NCBI GenBank assembly: GCA_017550965.1
Contig: JAFZNK010000333.1
Coordinates: 3,935 to 67,934 of the forward strand
DNA from: Thermoguttaceae bacterium
GTDB taxonomy: Bacteria > Planctomycetota > Planctomycetia > Pirellulales > Thermoguttaceae
DNA length: 64,000 bases
Reading direction: 5' to 3'
Below, in pieces: positions 37,240 to 46,383 of the stretch. Position 1 is the stretch's first letter. Every line of letters begins with the position of its first letter. Below the pieces are notes generated by a model, which was not told where the DNA came from, ran no database searches, and saw nothing but the letters and a program-made list of their open reading frames with translations. A program made the position numbers and the translations under genes.

Positions 37240-37330
37240 ACCTTGATATTGGATTGTCATCCCCGATTTATGGACATGAATGGGGAAATGAAAATACGCC
37301 TAGCGTTTGTTCATTTTAGAAGAGGAGACT

Positions 37331-39259
37331 ATGACTGTTTCGATGAATTGTTATTTGTCGACGCTTGGATTGTTTGCCGCTTTTGAATCGTTTGACACGG
37401 TTGTGAGCGTCAATGTTTTCGTTGTCGCCGTTCTTCTTCTCCTCGTTGTTTTTGTAGCGTCTCGTCTTGTCGCCTGGTTATTGGCTCTTCATTACGACAA
37501 GAGATCGCGTCGCCGTTTTAGGCGCGCGAGTCGCAGAATTTCGAGAAGACGCTATTATCGCGCAGTCTGCGAGCTCAAGAACGCTTGTTGTGTCGCGACG
37601 ATGGTCGTCTTTCTGGTATGTCTTTTAAGTTGGAGAGCTTCAGATCAAGTCAAAGCAATATCTACGACCTCCTTTTCAGTGCCCAATCTTTTAGGGAACG
37701 TTGCCGACGACGATTCTTCGAACGAAGCGACGGAACAGGTTCCCGAAAAGTTTCAAATTACCCCTGTGTCCGTAACAACTTCCCAAAGTAATCGTGAAAA
37801 GGACGACGTAAATAACGACGATACCGTCGAACAAGAGCAATCAAATAGACGGTATAACAACGCTAGTGACGACCGCGTCTATTATATGCCTAATGTTGTG
37901 TCGGCGTCGACTAACTCCGTTTCGTTATCTGACAATCCTGTTGAGCCGCCCGTCGAGTCTGCGCAATCTCCTAAGACTCTTTCTCGCTCTGAACAGGCAA
38001 AGCCTGAGAAAGTCCGTAATTTAGCTGCTACAAGTTACCAAAACAATAAGCGTATTTTTGCACCAGTGAACGCGCGCGACGTTGACTCGGAGTTTCTTAG
38101 CGGCAGGGTCGTCGACAACAATTCGGTTTTACTTGACGCGTTTAGTCCCGGCAATAAGATTATTTCGGTTGGAGCCGAACTTCCGAGCGGCGCCAGTAGG
38201 GGCGCATTAATCGACAACGGCGTTAATTCTCCCTCTGCCGGTAGACCTTCAATGGATAACTTGATAGAGCAGCTAAATTATGAAATGCTTCAAATAACGG
38301 AGAGGGCGCAAACTGGCGTGTTGTCCATTAGCGTTCCCAAACCGATAACGAAAGATTCGTCTGCGACTCAAGAAGAGACTGGCGGCGGTTTTATATTCGT
38401 GTATGAGGGCGAGTATTACGCTGGAACTAACGAGCACGTAGTTCGTGAGAGACTATCTGACGACTCCATTAATGTTACGTTACCTAATAATCAGCTGATC
38501 CATCCGGTCGAAGTTTTTTGTTCGCCTGAACTTGACGTGGCAGTTTTGCGCCTAAACGCTAAAGATTTGCCAAAAGACGAAAGCGTTATGCCAGTCGTCT
38601 TTGACGATAGCGACTTTTTGCGCGTTTCTAATATCGTTTTTGCTTTTGGTTCTCCCTTTGGACTGACTCGGACGATGTCGATGGGGCACGTAAGCGCCCT
38701 TCGACGTACGACGGACGATGTGAACGCTTCTAACTCAAATACCTCGAATATTAACGTTCTGTCGGAGTTTATTCAGTTGGACGCTTCCATCAACCCCGGC
38801 AATTCAGGCGGTCCTTTGTATAACTCGAGAGGGAAAGTGGTGGGCATGGTCACGTTAATCGCGACCAGAACAGGAGCGAACGAAGGAATTGCGTTCGCGA
38901 TACCGAGCAATGTGTTCTTACGTGTGGCGAAGTCGTTGATTGACCATAAGGGCGAATGGCGTCGTTCTCGTCTAGGAGTCGAACTTACTCCCGCAACTCG
39001 CGCCGATCTCGCTTCGACAAGCATCAATAAAACATGCGGCGCGAAAATTGTTCGTGTTGTCGCCAATTCTCCTGCGGTTAATGCAGGGCTAAGAGCCGGG
39101 GATTTAATCCTTACATATAACGGGGAGACCGTGTTAAACGACTCTCAGTTGAATCGTATGATTGCGTTAACTGATAGTCGCGAAAAAGTGCGACTTGGCG
39201 TTTTACGAGGCAATCAGTTTTTTGAACTCGAATCGTCGGTTCTTCGTTCGCGTCAGTGA
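37331..39259 (+). CDS. Membrane-anchored HtrA-like serine protease with one PDZ domain and a long disordered linker
   Basis: AGGAG lies upstream of the ATG at 37331. Two N-terminal TMs flank an Arg-rich loop (RSRRRFRRASRRISRRRYY). The triad contexts are TNEHVV, DVAVLRL and GNSGGPLYN. A C-terminal PDZ is present (VVANSPAVNAGLRAGDLILTYNG). Confidence 0.85.
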   Translation: MTVSMNCYLSTLGLFAAFESFDTVVSVNVFVVAVLLLLVVFVASRLVAWLLALHYDKRSRRRFRRASRRISRRRYYRAVCELKNACCVATMVVFLVCLLSWRASDQVKAISTTSFSVPNLLGNVADDDSSNEATEQVPEKFQITPVSVTTSQSNREKDDVNNDDTVEQEQSNRRYNNASDDRVYYMPNVVSASTNSVSLSDNPVEPPVESAQSPKTLSRSEQAKPEKVRNLAATSYQNNKRIFAPVNARDVDSEFLSGRVVDNNSVLLDAFSPGNKIISVGAELPSGASRGALIDNGVNSPSAGRPSMDNLIEQLNYEMLQITERAQTGVLSISVPKPITKDSSATQEETGGGFIFVYEGEYYAGTNEHVVRERLSDDSINVTLPNNQLIHPVEVFCSPELDVAVLRLNAKDLPKDESVMPVVFDDSDFLRVSNIVFAFGSPFGLTRTMSMGHVSALRRTTDDVNASNSNTSNINVLSEFIQLDASINPGNSGGPLYNSRGKVVGMVTLIATRTGANEGIAFAIPSNVFLRVAKSLIDHKGEWRRSRLGVELTPATRADLASTSINKTCGAKIVRVVANSPAVNAGLRAGDLILTYNGETVLNDSQLNRMIALTDSREKVRLGVLRGNQFFELESSVLRSRQ

Positions 39260-39560
39260 TCGTTTTTCAAAAAAGATCCTTTTTGCGTCTTTTAATCTTT
39301 GTCAGCTCGGTTCTTAGATAGATGTAAGAATCGAGCTTGTTTTCTATTAATAGAATTTTCGTCGATACTAAAACAGAACGTTTTCTTTTAAAGTGAGATT
39401 GCGTAAAATCAAACATTTCCTTATGATTAGGCTGATTTTCTTGATCGGTGGTTTCCGGAAGGTTCCGTCTGACGCAATGGAAGGATTTATCGCTTTCTAT
39501 TCATTTTGACGTCGCGGGACAATCAAACGGGAGGCGACCATTTCCGAGGCTGAACAATTA

Positions 39561-40355
39561 ATGAATTTTTGCGTTGAGAACATTTCACTGATTTCCTTGC
39601 AAACAGGCGCGTTAGTTTTTACTCGCTGTTTAGGAATGATATGCTTTGTTCCCGTGTTTAGCGGAATTGAAGTTTCTAAATTGACCAGATTCCTCCTGGC
39701 TTTTCTACTGACCATTCTTGTTACGCCGAGCCTATTGTTAAATGAAGTTTTTGCGTCCGACGTTGTCGCATTGAGTTCTACTCCGTTACTTTTTGTCGTA
39801 TCCTTATTCAAAGAGGCGGCATGGGGAAGCGTTATTGGTCTTACCCTTAAGATTTTTTTTGAAGGCGTCAATTTTGCCGGGGAAACGATTGCCAAAATTG
39901 GCGGTATTTCAGTAGCGGGAAGTTTTGATCACTTATTAGGGGAGGAAACATCTTCTATTTCACGTCTTTTATTTTGGATTGCGTTGTCAACCTTTGTATT
40001 AGTCAGGGGATGCGAACTATTTATTGACGGTTTTTTAAACGTTTTTTTTACCGTTCCTCCTACCGGTTCAACGGAATTAGGGAGTGTGATCGAATGTTTG
40101 GGCATTGTGTTGACCGCAAGTTTTAGTCTTGGCCTAAAAATTGCCGCTCCTGTGATATTGTCCACATTGAGCGTTTATATTTTCATTGGCGTTGCTGGAC
40201 GCGTGTTTCCTCAAATGAATCTGACGACGATTGGATTTAGTTGTAATTCGTTGTTAACTTTGATTGTATTGTCTTTGGGGATTAGCAGTTGTTGTCTATG
40301 TTTTCAAGACGAACTCGTAAAAATCCTGGAGCGTGTTTTTATTGTGGATGGTTGA
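39561..40355 (+). CDS. fliR: Flagellar/type III export apparatus protein FliR
   Basis: 264 aa with 6 or more TMs. GALVFTRCLGMICFVPVFSG and FKEAAWGSVIGLTLKIFFEGVNFAGETIAKIGGISVAGSFD match the FliR/SctT pattern. Confidence 0.75.
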   Translation: MNFCVENISLISLQTGALVFTRCLGMICFVPVFSGIEVSKLTRFLLAFLLTILVTPSLLLNEVFASDVVALSSTPLLFVVSLFKEAAWGSVIGLTLKIFFEGVNFAGETIAKIGGISVAGSFDHLLGEETSSISRLLFWIALSTFVLVRGCELFIDGFLNVFFTVPPTGSTELGSVIECLGIVLTASFSLGLKIAAPVILSTLSVYIFIGVAGRVFPQMNLTTIGFSCNSLLTLIVLSLGISSCCLCFQDELVKILERVFIVDG

Positions 40356-40644
40356 TGGATAAAATAAGAAAGTTAATTTGACTTTTATGATGTTGTTATT
40401 TGCATTGAAAAAAGGGAATTGTTGGCTTAGATAAACATATGGAAAGACGCGTGTTTTAGCGTGTTAATGACAGATTTCGTTTATTGGTTTTAGGCGTCAG
40501 GCGGTTTTCGAATGTTCCGCTTTGACTTATAATTTGCCGAGGGTTGGTATTGCTCTGAACTTTTTGTCTTGCCGTAAGTTTCGGGATAATGTAAGATTTG
40601 GAAGTCGCGCTTGTTCATGTTCCATGGCGGTTACGGTTTTTCAT

Positions 40645-41553
40645 ATGAATGACGATACGTTGAAGACTCGACATATTCCTGTTCTGTTCGACGAAATTAT
40701 AGAGGGATTGAATTTAGCCCCTGGAAAGATCGTTGTAGACGGAACGCTTGGCGGCGGCGGACACGCTATTGGTATTGCTCGAAAGGTAGGAAAGACCGGT
40801 TTGGTAATCGGGATCGATCGGGATTCGGCGGCGCTTGATCGTGTCGATAAAAGAATAGAAGAGCTTGACGAACCTGTTAACATTAAAACGTATTTTGCAA
40901 ACTATTGCGATTTTGACGCAGCCTTGGAACGCGCAGGGGTCGATCGTGTCGACGGTTTTTTACTCGATCTTGGCCTATCTAGCGATCAACTTGCCGACAG
41001 ATCGCGCGGTTTCAGTTTTGACTCGGACGGCGAGTTGGATTTACGCTTTGATACGACTGAGGGAACGCCTGCATATCAATTATTGAATCGCTGGAGAGAA
41101 GATAAAATTGCCGATATTATCTATAAGTATGGCGAGGATAAATTGAGTAGGCGGATAGCGCGCGCAATTGTTGAACGAAGAACTTGCGAACCGATTCGTT
41201 ACGCAAGGGAGCTTGCCGACATTTGCCGTCGTTGCGATCCAACTCCCCCATGGAGTAAAAAAAGAATTGATCCCGCGACGCGAACTTTTCAGGCGTTGCG
41301 TATCGCCGTAAACGACGAATTAGGGTCGTTAGAAACTTTTCTGACGAAATTTATGAAAAGTCTTAATGTAGGGGGGCGCGTGGCGATAATTAGTTTTCAT
41401 TCCCTGGAAGATCGAATCGTGAAGAACGCTTTTCGCGCCGCCGACGATTTGAAAATCATTACGAAGAAACCTATTGTCGCTACCGACGAGGAGGTTGAAA
41501 GAAATCCTCGATCGAGGAGCGCAAAGCTCAGAATTGCCGAGAAAGTACGCTAA
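40645..41553 (+). CDS. rsmH: 16S rRNA (cytosine1402-N4)-methyltransferase RsmH (MraW)
   Basis: HIPVLFDEIIEGL, DGTLGGGGHA, DLGLSSDQL, FQALRIAVNDEL and ISFHSLEDRIVK are present. The start was set at the ATG at 40645; the ORF-track extension to 40522 carries no conserved sequence. Confidence 0.9.
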   Translation: MNDDTLKTRHIPVLFDEIIEGLNLAPGKIVVDGTLGGGGHAIGIARKVGKTGLVIGIDRDSAALDRVDKRIEELDEPVNIKTYFANYCDFDAALERAGVDRVDGFLLDLGLSSDQLADRSRGFSFDSDGELDLRFDTTEGTPAYQLLNRWREDKIADIIYKYGEDKLSRRIARAIVERRTCEPIRYARELADICRRCDPTPPWSKKRIDPATRTFQALRIAVNDELGSLETFLTKFMKSLNVGGRVAIISFHSLEDRIVKNAFRAADDLKIITKKPIVATDEEVERNPRSRSAKLRIAEKVR

Positions 41554-41570
41554 CACGGAGTCGGACTATA

Positions 41571-44500
41571 ATGGGAAAGAAGAACAGACAAAAACTTGAT
41601 ATGGATAGTATCGATTTCGAAGAATCTTCTTATTACGATTCCGAAGAGGAGTACGAAAACAGTCGTTCGTCGAAAAAGAACAAAAAGGATAAACGCAGAG
41701 ATCGACGGAATAATTACAATTATTACGGCGACGACGACTTCGACGAATATGGAGACAATTCACGAGCCTTTGAAGGGTATTCCGGTCAGGACGACGATCC
41801 TTACGTCGACGAAGATTCTTTTGAAGAACAGGACGGCGCTGTTGACGAACAGAACGAGTATGAGGAAGAGTCTTCTTACGACGATTACAATTCTCGTTCG
41901 AGACATTCTTTCTCAACTTCTGAATCGTCACGATCTGACGTTTATGGCAAGCAAGGCTCTTTTTCGGCTGACCGGACAGAGACTTCAAACGATCGGATGT
42001 TAGCGAACTCTTCGCATTCGTCTTCTTCAAATAGTGCGATGGGGAGTAGTTCGATGTTTCGCGAGACTGCTCCGCAACAAAAAACGATTAATGATTCCGG
42101 CTCAAATAATCCCGTAAGACCTTCCTTTTCTTTATCGACTGGCGGTAAGGCTCCTTTACGACCGATTCCGAAGCCTGTGTTTGTCGAAGAACGTAGCGGG
42201 GAACGTGGTTCCAAGGCGACTTTGGCTGATGATTTGAACAGTTCTCGCAACAATGATTCGGGAGATTATGCAGAGGAAGGGAACTCGTCAGAAAAACGAG
42301 ATAAAGAACTCGAAGAGAAAGAACGTTTGGAGTTGGAACGAGAGCGCCTTAAGGAACGTCTTGACAGTATCGATATGGAGATACTAGAGTTAGACGAATC
42401 TGCGAGCGAGGACATTGAGGATCGTTCTCTTGTTGCGAAGAAAAGGAAACTTGAAAAAGAACGCCTAACTTTGTTGATCAAGAAGACGCAATGGGAGATT
42501 GACGATTGCGTCGCTCTTCGTGAGGAGTCGGGAGACGACGAAACTCTTGCTAACGACGAGGCTCAACTTAGAGAAGAATTAAAGCGTTTAAAGAATGAAC
42601 GAAAGAACTTGTCGAAAGGTTCATTACTTCCGTTAATTTGGGCGTCTAATTTTGGAAATTCTATGAAATCACGTTTTGGCAGGGCTGTCGATTCGCTCAA
42701 AAATTGGGCCAGTCGTGATTCTGATCAGGGTGAATCCAACCAGGATCTTGAAGAGGAAGAAACGCATGGAGTTGATGATATGGGTAACTCGAAGCGAAAA
42801 AAGAAGCAAAAGAAAAATCCATATGACGAATTGGAAGGGAATCCGATAGATTCGTCCGACAATGAAGAATTTGGCGATTCCGAAGAATATTCTCAATCTC
42901 TTGGAGAGCGGAACTGGCGCGGTATTTTTAAACGGACCGCTATTACGGTTACCGCGATTTCTCTTCTACTGACAATTGGGTATTCTGGTTGGCTTATTTA
43001 CGACGGACAGAAAAAAGACAAAAACGTAAGCGCAACTTCCGTTGTGTCCAAAGTTAACGAGAAGAGTTCAAACAAAGTCGATTCTAAGAACGTCAGTTCG
43101 CAAAAGGCCGTTTCCAAAAGCTCCAAACCCAAGAACGACAGTTCGAAAGCTAACGTCGCCAAGAATGAAAACGTGGAAAAGAAAGAAGGCGGCGTCTGGA
43201 ATCGTATTAAGAGTATGTTTTCCTGGAAACGCGCCGATAAGAACAACGAACAAGCTAAAAAGCAGCAAACTAACAATAAAACCGACAAGGGGAGATCGTT
43301 AGGACAGGAAAAGAATCTCTCCAAGAAAACGGAAGATCCTTTGTTGAAGAACGACAATCTTAAGAACGAAAACAGTTTAGTCAAGTTCGCCAAAGACACG
43401 AACGATTCGTTGAGTAGCGCCGTCAATGACGCTGCCGAGCTGACAAACGACATGACTGAGGAAATCGTCAGCGACGGTTCCGCCCTAATGGATTCTGCTA
43501 GCGAAGCTGTAAACGAGGTTGTCGACGATTTGACTGAAGTTGCGGACAATTTTGCAGAAACTAGCGAAGAACTTGTGGATCAAGCGTCGAACTCAAATCA
43601 TGAGAATCTGAACGGCGCTTCCCTTGTCGATAGTTTTGAAGTTCCGACAGAAAACGAGTTGATTGCTGAAACTGACGATCTTTATGAAGGGGTGAGTTCG
43701 TCGGCTTATCCGAATTCGGCGCCTCAAGTCGAAGATCCGGTCGCAACTTTTGGCGACGTTCAGCCTAGAACGGACGATACTGCAGATTTCCAGAATCTAT
43801 CCAATACAAACATTGCTTCAACTCCTTCTGAACCGAGCGTTAGCGTTCCAACAACGACGTCTTCGTCTGCTGACTCTTCCACGCCTTCTGGCGCAGATTG
43901 GGCTGACAGCGTCACTTCCTCTGATCTTGCAGGGGACCAAAATATAGCGGCAGTGGAGGATTCATTTGCTTCATCTGCGAATATGGAAGATCTTACGGAC
44001 GGAGCGGGAGGTTCTTATGCGACTCTTGACGAAAATCCGACTCTTAGCCCCGTTGGAGTTGAAGACAGCGGATGGAGCGGTTCTTTAGACGAACCGTTGG
44101 ATTCTTCAGGCGCCTTCCAATCAGACTCCCCGAATTTAGAGCTTTCTTCCTCATCGAACGGCGGGCTTTTGGCTGAGAACAATTCGTCGACGATAGGTTC
44201 TTTGACTTTAGGCGACGATCTTCCTGATTCAAGCGCTTTAACGTTGGACGATTCGCTGGAAAGTCCCTCGTTGACGTTGGACGACGTTTCAAACGACGTC
44301 TCGCTTGATAGTTCGCCAAGTATTAACGCGTACTCCTCTGAAGACATTAATGGAAACGACAATCCAAACTTGTTAGCTCCATTGGCTACAGCCGGCGCGC
44401 CTACTGTGGATAGCAGTTTGGATCAAGGCGAACCGTTATTATCTTTTACATTGCCCGAAAGCGCGCAATCCGTTTCTTCAGGCGTTCTGGACGACGCAAC

Positions 44501-46031
44501 TTCCGATTTGGCAGATGACTGGAACGGCGTTTCAAACGGGTTGACTTCCGACTTAGACGCTAACGAAGGAGGGTCGCGCGTATCGAGAAATCTCAATGCG
44601 ATGAGCGAACAGATTTCTGGGACATTAGACGATTTGTCTGAGCGTTCATCCTCTTTGACAGAGCAGTTGAACAATTCTGCTCAGAATCTGCAAACGAGCG
44701 TTCAAAGCGGTCTCGACTCCATGAATGAAAAGATAAACAACGGTTTGGAAACTGTTCAGAATTGGTCCCAACAAGCTTCCGATGGGCTAACTGAAACTTC
44801 CAACAATTTGACGAATTCAATTTCCGGCACGATTGACAGCGTCGATAACGGTTTGCGCAATACGTACGACAACGTCGCGAACTCCTTGTCAAACACATAT
44901 AATAATACGCTTGATTCACTACAAAACGTTGGTAATTCTTTGCAGTCCAGTTACGACGACGTGCGTAACGCTCTGTCGAACGGCGCGCCTAATTCCTTGC
45001 GAAGTAACGGACTCGATGGAATTACTGGCAATGTAAACACGCCGACGAATTCCCTATCTTCTTCCGATCTCAATTCTTTTGGCGGAGAAGGAACCTTGGG
45101 AACGGAAGGAAATGCCCTGACTCTTAATGCGAACGATTGGGGATCGTCCTCACCTTTGAATACTACGGGAACCTCTCCTTTAACTAACGAGCAGGGTGCA
45201 GGAACAATTGGCGGCGTTAATACAAGCGTTTTGGAAAACGGCAACAATCTCGCCGCTACGCCAGGTAATAATTTACTTCCTGCCAATAGCTCCGACGTCG
45301 GTAAGAACAATGTTAATTCTACTGTTTCTAATCCGAATCTCGGAAATATACAAACTTCGAGCGTCTCGAACGATTTGCCGAATAATTACTCGAGCGTGGG
45401 CGACAACAGATTGACAAACGGCGCGTTAGCGGATTTGCCGACTTACGGAAACGCTAATCCAAACGGAGCCGCTGTTCCTAGCGAAGCTCCTGTTAATGCG
45501 GCGTATCCTGTTTACGAATCGGCAAACGTTTTACCCGCCCAAAACGGAGGCGCGTATTCTCCGAACAATAATCAATATTCACAAGGGGGTTATTATTCTA
45601 ACGCCGATTCTCGAACTTCGAGTAATTCCTTGGTCGGCGTTCCTTATGCCAACCAAAACGAGAACGTCCAGAATGGAAGCGTCTCGCCATACGTTAATTC
45701 ACGCGCGTATGATAATAACGCGTATAATCCCAATGGTTACAATTTGTCTATAGATGCGCCTAACAGCTCTTCTTCGAATTGGTCGGCTGTAAACAACGCT
45801 CAAAATAACTACGGATATCGCTCGACGAATCGGACAGACGCAGGAGCAAAGACTTCCTATCGGGAGTACGTTACCAAAGAAGGAGATAATTTGCTAACGA
45901 TTGCGGAAAATGAACTTGGCAGCAGTTCTCGTTGGAGTGAAATTAAACGCCTGAATAATTTACGATCTGGCGCGACGTACTTTGAAGTTGGCACTAGGAT
46001 TAAGCTTCCAGTTTCAGCAAAGGACGATTGA
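41571..46031 (+). CDS. 1486-aa bitopic low-complexity protein: acidic/Tyr-rich and coiled-coil N-terminal region, one TM, Lys/Ser-rich then Asp/Ser/Asn-rich region, C-terminal LysM domain
   Basis: The ATG is 17 bp after the rsmH stop, with GGAG 10 nt upstream. The TM is AITVTAISLLLTIGYSGWLIY (about 42940-43002). The LysM-like terminus is YREYVTKEGDNLLTIAENELGSSSRWSEIKRLNNLRSGATYFEVGTRIKLPV (45858-46013). The frame is uninterrupted across 4.46 kb. Confidence 0.7.
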   Translation: MGKKNRQKLDMDSIDFEESSYYDSEEEYENSRSSKKNKKDKRRDRRNNYNYYGDDDFDEYGDNSRAFEGYSGQDDDPYVDEDSFEEQDGAVDEQNEYEEESSYDDYNSRSRHSFSTSESSRSDVYGKQGSFSADRTETSNDRMLANSSHSSSSNSAMGSSSMFRETAPQQKTINDSGSNNPVRPSFSLSTGGKAPLRPIPKPVFVEERSGERGSKATLADDLNSSRNNDSGDYAEEGNSSEKRDKELEEKERLELERERLKERLDSIDMEILELDESASEDIEDRSLVAKKRKLEKERLTLLIKKTQWEIDDCVALREESGDDETLANDEAQLREELKRLKNERKNLSKGSLLPLIWASNFGNSMKSRFGRAVDSLKNWASRDSDQGESNQDLEEEETHGVDDMGNSKRKKKQKKNPYDELEGNPIDSSDNEEFGDSEEYSQSLGERNWRGIFKRTAITVTAISLLLTIGYSGWLIYDGQKKDKNVSATSVVSKVNEKSSNKVDSKNVSSQKAVSKSSKPKNDSSKANVAKNENVEKKEGGVWNRIKSMFSWKRADKNNEQAKKQQTNNKTDKGRSLGQEKNLSKKTEDPLLKNDNLKNENSLVKFAKDTNDSLSSAVNDAAELTNDMTEEIVSDGSALMDSASEAVNEVVDDLTEVADNFAETSEELVDQASNSNHENLNGASLVDSFEVPTENELIAETDDLYEGVSSSAYPNSAPQVEDPVATFGDVQPRTDDTADFQNLSNTNIASTPSEPSVSVPTTTSSSADSSTPSGADWADSVTSSDLAGDQNIAAVEDSFASSANMEDLTDGAGGSYATLDENPTLSPVGVEDSGWSGSLDEPLDSSGAFQSDSPNLELSSSSNGGLLAENNSSTIGSLTLGDDLPDSSALTLDDSLESPSLTLDDVSNDVSLDSSPSINAYSSEDINGNDNPNLLAPLATAGAPTVDSSLDQGEPLLSFTLPESAQSVSSGVLDDATSDLADDWNGVSNGLTSDLDANEGGSRVSRNLNAMSEQISGTLDDLSERSSSLTEQLNNSAQNLQTSVQSGLDSMNEKINNGLETVQNWSQQASDGLTETSNNLTNSISGTIDSVDNGLRNTYDNVANSLSNTYNNTLDSLQNVGNSLQSSYDDVRNALSNGAPNSLRSNGLDGITGNVNTPTNSLSSSDLNSFGGEGTLGTEGNALTLNANDWGSSSPLNTTGTSPLTNEQGAGTIGGVNTSVLENGNNLAATPGNNLLPANSSDVGKNNVNSTVSNPNLGNIQTSSVSNDLPNNYSSVGDNRLTNGALADLPTYGNANPNGAAVPSEAPVNAAYPVYESANVLPAQNGGAYSPNNNQYSQGGYYSNADSRTSSNSLVGVPYANQNENVQNGSVSPYVNSRAYDNNAYNPNGYNLSIDAPNSSSSNWSAVNNAQNNYGYRSTNRTDAGAKTSYREYVTKEGDNLLTIAENELGSSSRWSEIKRLNNLRSGATYFEVGTRIKLPVSAKDD

Positions 46032-46355
46032 GATTTCAGGCTTTTCCCATACGTGTCCCTGAATATCTTTATGTCGATGATGAAGTTTTTAATATACGCG
46101 TTCATACTGAAATGATGAACGCGTATTTTGATAACTGTTTCTATATTAAGTTTTATAACTCTTCATCTCTCTTTCGACTTTTGGGAAACAAACAAGCCCC
46201 CGCTTGTCGTTATCAAAAAACATGGACAATTAAATCGGGAAACGGCGCAATCTTTGGCTTTTACCCAAGAGTTTTTATCACAGTAGTTGACTACTCACAC
46301 TTTGAGCGGAGAATCGATATGCCGTTTGTTTTTGCCGAGAGTCGATAGCGTTTGG

Positions 46356-46383
46356 TTGTTGTTGAAAACACATTTGGTATAAT
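46356..46383 (+). promoter_or_regulatory. Extended -10 promoter candidate in the long gap upstream of the epimerase gene
   Basis: TTGTTG (46356-46361), a 16-nt spacer ending in TG (46375-46376), then TATAAT (46378-46383). This would give a leader of about 230 nt before the ATG at 46619. Confidence 0.25.

Noticed and set aside
42998-43549. 183-aa minus-strand ORF, and many other 60-135-aa ORFs on both strands inside 41571..46031
   Set aside because: They fall inside the single uninterrupted 4.46-kb frame that begins with an RBS and ends in a LysM domain. The low-complexity, stop-poor sequence generates alternative frames by chance.
46028-46348. 106-aa ORF immediately after the LysM giant
   Set aside because: It has a TTG start overlapping the upstream stop and no RBS. 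Its composition is aromatic and Asn-rich and looks like a translated AT-rich spacer. I treat it as non-coding, though a small protein cannot be excluded without ribosome profiling.
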